Assembly (NCBI GenBank): GCA_951406725.2
Contig: OX597815.1
Span: forward strand, 163,184,001-163,248,000
Direction: 5' to 3'
Source of the DNA: Octopus vulgaris
Taxonomy: Eukaryota
DNA: 64,000 nucleotides
A program made the position numbers and the translations under genes. Positions 37,923 through 49,900 of this stretch are shown piece after piece (the first letter of the stretch is position 1; every line of letters begins with the position of its first letter). The notes under the pieces are model-generated. The model was given only the letters and a program-made list of their open reading frames with translations, had not been told where the DNA came from and did no database searches.

Positions 37923-39597
37923 AAGTTAACAAAGGAAAAGAGTATATTAATTATTTATTTACTTTTATATCTATAAGCTCTGGACTTATCTCCCAACTTT
38001 GATAATTATATATATATATATATATATATATTTAATATTTAGCAGAAGTAACAGAGTGACTCAAGGTCTGAGAGTTTCATCAAGCTAATCACAAGTCGAA
38101 GGCTTGTAAGTTTATATTCGAGTTCAATTTTACCTGTTTGAACCAACATACCTATATATACATACATACATATATATATATATTAGGAACAGCTGCATCA
38201 TCCACATCCAGTGTTATTAATTAGGTGAAATAATGAGATTCAATCAATATGAAAATGTACATATGCACACACATATACACACACAAACCTGCAATGAAAC
38301 ACCAAATCATATGTTATCCTGAGTATTCAAATGCACATAGAAGAGAAATGACTCTCTGACATACGCTAGACTGCCAAGTGTAGTTGCACCAACTGAATGG
38401 CACTTCTTTTTGGTGATAGGTAGAGGAACCCAGGAAACAAGTCTACTGTGAATATAATGAGTAAAATGAATAAGTCATGGATTGTAGTTGATATGTGCCA
38501 GTATATAAAAGGGTAGCATGTTAAAATAGAGCCTGAACTTCTCAAATGACTCCTAAAAATATAACTATCAGATGCCCTTCATATCTCCAACCACAACAAA
38601 AACAGGAGATTAGGTACTTAAAGCTGAAAGTTATGGAGTGATTAGGGGAAGATCTTTATCAAGCTGCATGTGTGTGCGTGTGTGTGTGTGGGAGAGAGAG
38701 AGAGAGAGAAAGAGAGAACAATGGCTGATTTCATTCACTGATAAGCTTGAAGTGATAATCATCATCTCACATACATAAACATACACGTTTTTCAACTTCA
38801 GTCTAGGAGGGCTTAAAAAAAGGCTTCGAACACAACCCATCAGATTTAAGGAATTAAAAAAAAAAAAAAAACAACAACAATCAACAACAACATACTTGTG
38901 ATATCAAAATGCACATAGAATCTGCACAAAGGGAAAGTATAACCTAGACAGACATAGAATTTCATAGGGAGTACAATAACACCTTTCTCTTTCTCTAGAT
39001 CCTTCCCTTAGATTTTCCATTGCTTTTCTCCCTCTTAGTCAATTTATAATTTTTTTGTTTCCCAATGGCAGGGACTTCTGTTTTTAGCAAATTTAGCTAC
39101 TTACATACCTTAATCTTTGGCACAAATATTTTATCATTGTAATTGGTTACCCTTTCTCCAGCCAACTCTTAAAAAGGTTTTGACCAGAAAGGAGACTTCA
39201 AGAAAAACATTTTTTGGTTGTAGTAGGGCTACATGAACCTTGTAATCCAGTACCTTAAAAAAAATCACAAAAATTGTAGCAATGATTTACTATATTTTTG
39301 GGTCTAGGCATAGAATTTTTGTGTGCGTGTGTGTGTGTGATGCATGCATGTGTACAAGAGCTGCTACTAAGCTCTCACCTATACAAACTTGAAGCAGACA
39401 CTGTACACGTCATGCCTAGAGTATTATAAAACAGTTAGGCTGTAGGCTGTGTGATTGTATTAATTATATACATGTGTGAATATATATGTATGTGTATACA
39501 TACATGCATAAAATCAATTATGTGAAATTCGGAGCGACACTTGCAAAATTATTCAGGCCTCAATAAAACCTAATATGTCATTTTGCTTTTAATATCA

Positions 39598-39806
39598 ATT
39601 TCAAATTTTGGCACAAGGCCAGCAATTTCAGGGGAGGGTGTAAGTTGATTACATCGATCCCAATGCTCAACTGGTACTTATTTTATCGACCTTAAAAAAG
39701 GACGAAAGGCGAAGTTGACCGCAGCAGAATTTGAACCCAGAATGTAAAGATGGATGAGCTAAGCATTTTGCCTGGTGTGCTAACAATTCTGCCAGCTCGC
39801 CACCTT
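39598..39806 (-). mobile_element. SINE family C within the predicted pygopus 3'UTR
   Basis: Reverse complement of the family C head and core; approximate TTTTGCTTTT(C)AATAT duplication on the flanks. Confidence 0.82.
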
Positions 39807-40372
39807 GTTTTGCTTTTCAATATTGAGTACTTTTTTCTTCATTTCATTTGCCCTTGTTGCATATATGTGTGTGTGTATGTGTGTTAATGTATATGATAGA
39901 AATAAATACATACTTGAGTGAATACTTTTGTTCAATATAATTTTCAACCTAAAATTAAATAAGTTTTAAATCAAGTGGAGGAGGAAGAGGAAGACAAAAA
40001 GAGGAAGAGAGAGGGAATGAAAGAGAGAAAGAGGGTCAAGCAAAAATGTACAGTAGTCATGAACAAATCAAAGGCAATGCCTTGGAAAAATACAGGTTGT
40101 CTAACACGAAGATATTATTATGCAGTGGACGGCTTTAAACAATTAGTTCTTTATTGCTAGTTGACAAGAGGTGTTTATTGTTTGTTCGTCTCTTTTTTTT
40201 TCTTTTAATTTATTCAAAGAAAGTAAAAGATAAAAAAAAAATGTAAAAAGAACTTAAAAAGGAAAGATTTGTCTGTAGAATGACACATGATATATGAAGA
40301 TGTTAGTAATGATTGATTTGGCAGCAATCATATTCTAAAACAGTTCTTTTGTTCAGTGTTATGATTATGAAG

Positions 40373-40412
<40 letters not shown>

Positions 40413-40542
40413 GTGTATATATACATATATACATATATATATATTTATATATGTGTGTAGTGATGTACTACTGGAGATAAAAAAAAATCAGAATGAAGTT
40501 GTTGTTGTTGTTGTTGTGTTTTATTCTTCTGGCAAACTTGCT

Positions 40543-41001
40543 TCATGGCTTCATCTTCACCAGTGGGATATTTTTGGTCGATAGGCATTTGTCGCAGACC
40601 CATTCTGCATAGACCTCTGCCCTTAGCAGGTGATAAGCGTCCTCTGTCAAACCAGTGCAGATGCGATGGAACCAGAAGTTACAGCCGCTCTCACAGAGAA
40701 TGGCCTGGTCACTGTCGTGAACCTCTTTATGACAGGTGCCGCAAGGGTAGATGGGCGGGGCATTAGGGTTGGCAGGATTAAAGACCATCGACTTGTTTCG
40801 CGGGTAGACCTTCTCAGAGGGGCCAGATGGTGGCCCAACGGGTTGGCCATGTGCCATCATTTGTTTGTTTGGCATGTTCAGAGATGGTATTGGTTGGTCA
40901 TCAAACGGATTCTGTGCAAAGATCGTGTTGGTCTTTGCACAGCTACCCGGATTGGGTGGCACTGGAGGAGGAGGAATCAACTCGGGTATTGTGGGGCTCG
41001 G
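40543..41001 (-). CDS. pygo: Pygopus, terminal coding exon (NPF motif plus C-terminal PHD finger; Wnt enhanceosome co-activator)
   Basis: Acceptor (Y)n TTCTAG| at 41002, phase 0: PSPTIPELIPPPP..IFAQNPFDD..YPCGTCHKEVHDSDQAILCESGCNFWFHRICTGLTEDAYHLLRAEVYAEWVCDKC..MKP*. C4HC3 PHD with Pygo-specific AILCE/FHRxCTG/AYxLL motifs. Upstream exon(s) with start codon and NLS not identified. Confidence 0.95.
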   Translation of the reverse strand, partial: PSPTIPELIPPPPVPPNPGSCAKTNTIFAQNPFDDQPIPSLNMPNKQMMAHGQPVGPPSGPSEKVYPRNKSMVFNPANPNAPPIYPCGTCHKEVHDSDQAILCESGCNFWFHRICTGLTEDAYHLLRAEVYAEWVCDKCLSTKNIPLVKMKP

Positions 41002-41107
41002 CTAGAAAAAGGAAAAAGAAAAGAAAAAAAAGAATATTAAAAATACTCATTGTCATAGATACACAGTAAAAAACATAATCAAACATTAAAAACAAATGTA
41101 TACAATG

Positions 41108-41131
41108 GCTTACCTGTAAAATATAAAAGAT
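41108..41131 (-). other. Juxtaposed 3'ss/5'ss (recursive-splice-like site)
   Basis: Minus strand TCTTTTATATTTTACAG|GTAAGC, junction 41114/41113. Confidence 0.5.
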
Positions 41132-42436
41132 AATTTTTTTTAAAATATCACATGCATATACACACACATGTACACAGATAAGTAGCATGTCATAGAATAA
41201 ATGAATAAATTAATATTTAAACCTTACAACCAATGATGGCACTGGAGTTGATGACTTGTTAGACTGAAATAGTGATTGCTTAATTATTAGATCTGCTTGT
41301 TCTCTTTACAGGTTATAACGCTAAAACTATTTTCAAGCCAAGCTTAATAAATATCTTGTATGAAAGCAATTCATAGTTTAAGAAGTTTGCTTCACAATTA
41401 CATGCTTTCACTTTTGACTGCATTATTCCAACTCCCAGGGCAAGTTTTTGCTTTGGTACATGGAATGAAGAAAGATCAAGGCTTTTGGGGTTTCTGCAAT
41501 GCAAACGACATTAACCATTTGCAATACTAACATCTGATAGCTCTGCAATTTTCTGAGCACCTACCAATCAATTGAACATGTTAGCCAGACAGACTTCAGA
41601 TTCAATATAAAATAAGAGCCCGATGGTTGTGAATATTCAAGACTCTATTAAAGTATGTTTATTTAACATCAACTGGTGACATCAGAGTTAAAGGTGAACA
41701 CAAGAAACATGAAACACAACAGGATGAAGAACGTTATGAAAGCTGAAAGATCACTCAGCCAAGCAAAGGAGTACCAGGTGGTACGTTTGTCTTTACGTTC
41801 TGAGTTCAAATTCCGCCAAGGTCAACTTTGCCTTTCATCCTTTCGGGGTCGATGCATTAAGTACCAGTTGCATACTGGGGTCAATCTAATCGACTGGCAC
41901 CCTTCCCAAAAATTTCGAGCCTTGTACCTAGAGTAGAAAAGAATATATGTCAAGAAGAATACGAAAACCTACAACACAAGGCAACTGGGAGTTTCAACAG
42001 AGACAACTTTATGTGGTCCACAAATCAGACCTGTGGATAGAACATGGTGTTATCCAAGTGGAAGGTGACACAGTGGTGGAGTGGTATATTAGATAATCAT
42101 TAAAGCTAAAAGACAGGCCTGGAGAGAATGAATGAAAGGTGCAAGCAAGAAACAAAACTAGGTAGCTAGATGTCAGTTATATGAAGCTCAGAGAAAAGCA
42201 GAAAGTGGTTTGTCAATATCAATGTTCTGCATTAAGAGTATTGGAAATATGAGATGTAGTAGATTGCATGTTTGTATGAAACAGGATGTTGTCAGTAAGA
42301 GGTGAGTGCATCTGATATTGAGAAGAGATAAGAAAATGTTACAATGAAAGGTAAACTGCATGAGAATAATGAATGAGAATCAGGATCAAGTTTGATTGGA
42401 TTCAGAGCGATTCACTATTGAAGTTGAAGCTGTTAA

Positions 42437-42620
42437 CCTTTTAGCAATTAAACTGGCCATATCCAGTCCAAATATTCTATCAGTTTTATGTTTAAACTAA
42501 CCAGATCCAGCCTCTTACAGTTACCCTGCAATGTCAATACAATCACAATGTCAATACAATGCTGGATTAATTCAAAATAATGTGAATTATATTTGACAGA
42601 GTAATCTGAATGCTAAAAGG
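42437..42620 (+). mobile_element. piggyBac-type MITE (14144 family)
   Basis: TTAA|CCTTTTAGCA ... TGCTAAAAGG|TTAA. Confidence 0.85.
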
Positions 42621-42755
42621 TTAAGGATATGAAAGGACAGGTTGTACTTGGATAATCACAGGTAGTTGCTGACATGCAGTAGTAAACATCTAGTCACTTG
42701 AATAGTCAATCAAGTGGTGCAGGAATGAGTCTTTCTTGTAAAGTTGCATCATCAT

Positions 42756-42918
42756 AGGCGCAAGAGTGGCTGTGTGGTAAGTAGTTTGCTTACCAACCAC
42801 ATGATTCCAGGTTCAGTCCCACTGCGTGACACTTTGGGCAAGTGTCTTCCACTATAGCCTCAGGCCGACCGAAGCCTTGTGAGTGGATTTGGTAGATGGA
42901 AACTGAAAGAAGCCTGTC

Positions 42919-42966
<48 letters not shown>

Positions 42967-43175
42967 GTGTGTGTATATGTTTGTCCCCATAACATCACTT
43001 GACAACCGATGGTGGTGTGCTTACGTTCCCGTAACTTAGCGGTTCAGCAAAAGGGACCGATAGAATAAGTACTAGGCTTCCAAAGAATAAGTCCTGGGAT
43101 CGATTTGCTCGACTAAAGGCGGTGCTCCAGCATGGCCACAGTAAACTGACTAAAACAAGTAAAAGAGTAAAGAGA
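42756..43175 (+). mobile_element. Full-length SINE family A
   Basis: Complete head, internal (TA)n and tail. Confidence 0.92.
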
Positions 43176-43389
43176 GAGAGTAACCCTTTTACTGCAGGAA
43201 AAAGATATATCGACTAAAACTTTTATTACCTTTAACTGTAGGAAAGCAGTTTTATTTACATAGCAATCTATCTTTTGTTGAGAAATGTCATGTTTGAAAG
43301 TATTTTCTGTAGAAATAGGTTGAGTTTGGTGAAGCAACATGACTTGCAGAAAATAACCAATTCTATTTTTTGGTAGGTCATCTTTTTAT

Positions 43390-43716
43390 ATTTTACATGT
43401 TTCAGCCGACTGTGGCCATGCTGGAAAACCGCCTGGAAGGGTTTTAGCCAAACAAATTGACCCTAGATTTATTTTTTTAAGCCTAGCACTTATTCTATCA
43501 GACTCTTTTGCTGAACTGCAGGGACTTAAACACACTAACAGCAGTTGTCAAGTGGTGATGGAGGACAAAGACACACACACACATATATAAATATAACAGG
43601 CTTCTTTCAGTTTCCATCTACTTGCAAGTTTTTGGTTGGCCTGAAGCTATAATTGAAGACACCTGCCCAAGGTGCCATGCAGTGGGACTGAATCAGGACT
43701 GAATGTGGTTGGGAAG
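43390..43716 (-). mobile_element. SINE family A, inverted relative to 42756-43175
   Basis: Reverse-complement match. Confidence 0.82.
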
Positions 43717-43723
43717 CAAGATT

Positions 43724-44129
43724 CTTATTTCTTTATTGCCCACAAGGGGCTAAACATAGAGGGGACAGACAAAGGTATTAAGTCGATTACATCGACCCCA
43801 GTGTGTAACTGGTACCTAATTTATCAACTCCAAAAGGATGAAACGCAAAGTTGACCTCGGTGGAATTTGAACTCAGAACGTAACGACCGACGAAATACCT
43901 ATTTCTTTACTATCCACAAGGGTCTAAACACAGAGGGGACAAACAAGGACAGATAAACGGATTAAGTCAATTATATCGACCCCAGTGTATAACTGGTACT
44001 TATTTAATTGACCCCAAAAGGATGAAAGGCAAAGTCAACCTCGGCGGAATTTGAACTCAGAACGTAACGACCGACGAAATACCACTAAGCATTTTGTCTG
44101 GAGTGCTAATGATTCTGCCAGCTCGCTGC
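43724..44129 (-). mobile_element. Tandem dimer of SINE family C
   Basis: Two head-to-tail units (43724-43898 head-truncated; 43899-44129). Confidence 0.85.
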
Positions 44130-44545
44130 TTACCAGACAGTCACACCTGCAACATCATTACTGAATTAACCATGGAATTTAATTTTACAGTTAAAAGGTT
44201 GACTACTACTACCACCACCACCACTACCCCTACAGGGGCAAAAGAAACACTCCACTAAAAAGCAATCACAGAGGTATCAAATTGATCATCTGTTTATTAA
44301 GGGATAACTAGAGGATATTTGACAATAACAACCACCACCAAAGCACCTAACTCCCACAGAGTACAATGGTCTACCAAAGTGTAAGAAATGTGTGTTCCAC
44401 AGAGTTGCAGTGCTGAACACAACGCAATCTCATTAGATGGATATTACTAATCTTATCTATGAAACATTAGCGCAGTTCCCTCAAATGATGTAAACTTCAG
44501 GCCATGAAAACTCGTGCAATCAACAACAGGTGAATTCCTTGAGGA

Positions 44546-44577
<32 letters not shown>

Positions 44578-45809
44578 CTAATTCGAATGTGGATTTTTTG
44601 TTTTTTCTTGTTTTTGAGGGTGAGTGGAACTTAGTTCTTCTCTTTCTGTCACACTGGAAGAAAGCAACAGCTATGGTGAATGAGATAAAAAAAAAACAGA
44701 GAAAGAAAGTATCATAAAGAGTGGTAGTGTAGATAGATTAATAAATAGACAGGTGGGAGATTAGCAGGTACTGTCTAACAGTCAGCAGCTTTTAAGACAA
44801 TCAGTAAAATATAGGAAGGGATAAGAAAAAAAAACAAAAAAAAAACAAGAGTGGGAGAGGAAGAGAGACTGTGCTAATAAGAGAGGAGAGATGGAAAGTA
44901 ATGATAAAACTTTACAACAGAGGAGGGAACTTTAAGAGATAATACAACAAAATAACAGAGGTACAGTGAGTGAAGGCACATGGTTCAGTGGTTAGAGTAT
45001 CGGGCTCACAATCATGGAGGTAGAGAGTTCAATTCTCAGATCAGGTTGTGAGTTGCGTTGTTGAGCAAGATCCTTTATTTCATGTTACAATCCCATGGTC
45101 ATTCATGACCAAACAGGGTCTTCTTACAGTTAGTAAGCAAACTGTATCCATGACGAGAGAGAGAGAGAGAGAGAGACCTAAAAGATACTGAAATGAGGTA
45201 ATGACACACTGGGAAATGAAGAGGAGTTAAATTTTGGCGGGATATATGTGTGTGTGTGTTTTCATATATATATATATCGTTCACTCTCCTGATTGTTGCT
45301 GAGATGAATGAGTCCCATGTGCCCACAAAACTTTATGCCATATGCCCACAAAACTTTATGCTCATATATATATATGAGACTCTTACCAAATGTGTTGAGT
45401 GTCTCTTTCTTTTGTTTATCTACCCATTTGTGTGAATGCATATATATATATATGGCCGTTGCCAGCCTCCTCTGGCCTCTATGCCAGTGGCACGTAAAAA
45501 GCATCCACTACACTCATGCATCCAGCTGTAGAAACACTGCCAGATCAGACTGGAGCCTGGTGCAGCCTCCTGGCTTCCCAGACCCTGGTCGAACCATACA
45601 ACCCATGCTAGTATGGAAAATGGACATTAAACAATGATGATGATGATAATATATATTCCAAGAGAGTTAGAGGTTGTGAATCCAACCAACTCAGGGATAA
45701 TATCTATCCAAGATACTGCTGGTAGAATACCCAATTATTAATATAGCGAGATATATATAAAGAGAAAGATAGACAGATGGTACAGAAACAACTGTAACTG
45801 ATCCCAGCA

Positions 45810-46690
45810 TCTGAAGATCCCTTGTCACCACTCAAAGACGTGGGACAAAGTGGCGAGAAAGGAACTTTGGACTGTGGGCAACACTGAGGAAATGACAAGG
45901 GACTGGGAGATGTGGTGAAATCGCTGTACTTGATAAGAAACGTCAAGCTAATTAAAATCGCTGTCTTCCACACATACAGGCTTGTCCTTTCAGGTGATGG
46001 TGTTACTTAAAAGGCACTTGTGCCGGTACTGCATAAACGCACCCAGCACACTCTTAAGTGGTTGGAGCTAGGAAGGGGCATCCAGCCATAGAAACCATGC
46101 AACAACAGACAGTTGGAGTCTGGACAAGTAGAGACTTCAAACTTGAAATATTCAAAGCCACAGTCGAACCAATTCTACTATATGGCTCAGAAACCTGGAC
46201 GTTATCAAAGAAGCTTGAGAGGCGGTTGGATGGAACCTACACTCGCCTCCTTATGAGAGCTCAAAATCTCTCGTGGAAGCGCCATCCAACCAAAATGCAA
46301 ATATATGGGAAACTACCACCTGTGTTATCTCTTGTGAAAGGTAGGAGAGTCCAGTTTGCTGGACATTGTTGTAGAGCTGAAAAAGAAGTAATTTCTACTC
46401 TTCTCCTCTGGAAGCCATCTACTCGCAATACCAGAGGGCGCACACTCTCCTACCCTGATGTAATCTCCAGGGATACAGGCATCCAGCAACAGGACCTCCG
46501 TAATGCCATGATGGACCGTGAAGTCTGGCGTAGCATGGTAAATTCCATTGTCTCGACCACGGTCAAACAATGATAATGATGGAGTCTGGACAGCTCCTTG
46601 CTAGCCAGCTCCATATCGAACTATCCAATACCTGCCAGCATTGGAAAGTGGATGTTAAACAATGATGATGATCATTATCATCATTAAAGA
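45810..46690 (+). mobile_element. Old RTE-like LINE 3' end hosting a younger insertion
   Basis: KTWDKVARKELWTVGNTEEMTRDWEMW remnant at ~45835-45915. Its 3'UTR is interrupted at 46126 and resumes at 46580, ending in (GAT)n. Confidence 0.7.
46127..46579 (+). mobile_element. Young 5'-truncated RTE-clade LINE with uninterrupted ORF end and 13-bp TSD
   Basis: VEPILLYGSETWTL..FAGHC..MMDREVWR..* with no internal stop; TGATAATGA tail; TSD TGGAGTCTGGACA at 46114-46126 and 46580-46592. Confidence 0.92.
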
Positions 46691-46868
46691 TGTATTAAAG
46701 TCTTTGTCTTATATATATATATATGTATATATATATAATAATAATGATGATATTAGCGAGTATGGCTCCAAACTTACAGGGAAAAATTAGATTTAGGATT
46801 AAATCAAATTTCACAGTGGTTTTTATCTCTAATTCATGTTTTATATATATATTATCATCATCATCATC

Positions 46869-46900
<32 letters not shown>

Positions 46901-49900
46901 AGTTGAAATTTATATAATAAATGCACAAACAAATGGAAAACAAACACAGGATGTTGCCAAATCCTCATCAGTTATTGGTTAGAAGATCAAATGCAATTTG
47001 AGAAAGAGAGAGAGAGGGAGAGAGTAGTGAAAGAGTGAGTAGAAATATAAAGGAAAAACAGATAACTGAAAGAAGAGAAAATGAAACAAGAATATGGAAG
47101 CAGTTTAAGGGGAAAACGTTGAAGGAACAGAAGTAACACAGAAATAAACACTCCCTTTCTTTGGAGGGGAAGGAAGGGTGTTACTGAGCTTATACACACA
47201 GACACATTATGACAGAAGAAAGAGCATGGGTGTGTGTGGGGGAGAGAGGGATTGATAGAGAAAGAAACAGACAGGTGAAGAAAGTGTATGAAGTTTCAAC
47301 AATAAATTGCTAATATTAATCTCAGTCAACAAGTGATATTTAATTTAGCCAACAATCACTGTTCTGTCTCATCTGTAGAACAAAGGATGTAGAGTCAACC
47401 AATTCAATTACTGTCTCAAGCTGAAGAATATGTTTCTGTAGCTACCATCTAACTCCACCTCTATCTCAGCACACCTTGTAATACCCAAAGCCTTGTGTTC
47501 TTGTATAATTAGAGATACCTAGGTACAGGTGTGGCTGTGTGGTAAGAAGCTTGCGCCCCAACCACATGGTTGTGGGTTCAGTCCCACTATGTAGCACCTT
47601 GGGCGAGTGTCTTCTACAACAGTCCCAAACCAACCAAAACCTTGTGAGTGGATTTGGTGGCTGGGAACTGAAGGAAGCCCATAATATGTGTATGTGTGTG
47701 TGTCCCTCTAAGTAGTTTGGCAAAAGAGACTGATAGACATAACAGCATGGGCAATGGAGGTTTTTGACTGGCTAAAATTATGTAACTTTAAATGCTTATT
47801 ACTAATTTCTAGGAAAAAATGAATTAAATTTTCACTATCAGAATGCAAAAACTACATCAAAACAGCATTCTTTTGAAAATAACCTGATGAAGATTTGAAA
47901 AACTTCAAGTGGTTGGAAGAAATTTAACAAAATCCAATAATTAAATTTACAGAAAACTGAAATAATTTCACAACTTGTGGTGTTGCATAAATGCACATGT
48001 GCCAATGGATGAGCGGCAAGAGGTGGGAGAGAATGACAGGAAGGATATTGAGTGTGGGGACAGTGGCTAAGGAGAGTGAGGGAGGGAGAGAAAGAAAGGG
48101 CAGAGGAAAGAGAATTAGCGATGAAGGAAGCAAGGAAACAGGAAAGGGATAAAAAAATAAGAGGGAAAAAGGAGACTGATGTAAAGTGTTTGGTGTTAGG
48201 AAGGGCATCCAGCCATAGAAACTCTGTCAAAACAGCCAATTAGAGCTTGGACATCTCTCCGGCTGATCAGCTCCTGTCAAACCATCCAACCCATAGCAGC
48301 ATGGAAAATGGATGTTAAACAATGATGATGATGAAAGTAGTAAAAATAATACCTGTGATATATGTATATGGATATTCAGTGTTAGATCAATCAACTTTGC
48401 CCCTTCAACAGAAATTAGTGGTCGTGTGTGCCAATGTAAAATTGACTATTATTAACTCAAGTCTCTTGGTTAATGTTAGGTTTAATGTGAGTTTACATGA
48501 GTAATATTATTACATCAGATTTTTATGCAAAGAATAGATTATCCTCAATTCCTGAAGCTAAATCTATCTCTCGGTGTCTGATGCATTGCTTTATTTGATC
48601 AGCTTTATTGATAGGATTACTTTATCATTTAACGTCCGTTTTCCATGCTGGCATGGGTTGGTCGGTTTGACTGGGGACTGGCAAGCCAGTAGGCTGCACC
48701 AGGCTCCACTCTGATCTGTTAAGGCTTCTACAGCTGGATGCCCTTCCTAACGCTCACCACTCCAAGAGTGTAGTGGGTGCTTTTTACATGCCACTGGCAC
48801 AGGAGCCAGTCAGGCAGCACTGGCATCAACCACGTTCAGATGGTGGTTTTTACCCAGTAGCGGAGGTGGGATTCATTTGGATTAAAAGGTATACACAGGA
48901 TATTATGAAGAGAAGCATGATTGAGATGTGTCAAGGGGCATGAGAGAATGAAGGGATCGATATTGAGTGCAGGGACAGCGGCTAAGGAGAGAGGGAAGGA
49001 GGGAGTGACAGAAAGGGCAGAGAAAAGAGAATTAGTGAAGAAGGAAGCAAGGTAAATGAAATAGGAAGGGGATAAAAAATATGTGAGGAGGGAAAAAGGA
49101 AACTAGAAACAAGAAAGATAAGAAACTAAGGAAAGTAGAAGCTTGAGCAACCCTTTTTTTCTTTTAATGGTTTCAGTCATTGGGCTGTGGCCATGCTGGA
49201 ATTTTAGGTGATCACATTAACCACATTAATATTTATTTCATCAGGTGGCAAATTGGCAGAACAGTTAGTATGCCAGGCAAAATGCTTAGTGGCATTTTGT
49301 CTATCTCTATGTTCCAAGTTCAAATTCCACTGTGGTTGACCTTGGCTTTAATTCTTTTGGGGTTGATAAAATAAGGACCAGCTGCGCACTGGGGTAAATG
49401 TAATTGACTTATGCCCCTCTCTGAAATTGCTGGTCTTTTTTAACATGGTTAAAATAAATGTTAAAATATTATGGCTGAAACAAGTAAAAGATAAAAGATC
49501 CAGTGTAAGTCAAAGGGGAGCTTGTAGGGGCTACAGTTTCACTCTGGTTTCATGGCATAAAGTATGACATTCTACTGGATGGGTTTGTCAGTCATTCAAA
49601 TCCAGCTAATTTGTTATCTGTTCCAGAAAGCTAGATGAATTGAACATGTATCTACTTCAAAGTAAACTGCTCAAATATCAAATGGAATAAAAAAAAAAAA
49701 TGAAATAAAATGCTTGCAGTGAATTTGAACACAAGACCTATGAGTTGGAAATCAGTTACTGTATCTAGTTCACAAGTTTTCTTCCACGAATTTCTGTGTG
49801 TCATTACTACAAATTCTACCACCACTCTCTTTCACTACAGCTTCTACTATCATATTTATTTCTAACATCTAAACCCATAAATCTACCAAATGCACTGCCA

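Noticed and set aside
40545-41069. Plus-strand ORFs overlapping pygopus (136, 73 and 80 aa)
   Set aside because: Antisense shadows of a GC-richer coding exon, with no recognisable motifs.
46058-46573. 171-aa ORF as a host gene
   Set aside because: It is the C-terminus of an RTE retrotransposon bounded by a TSD; the start codon comes from flanking repeat sequence.
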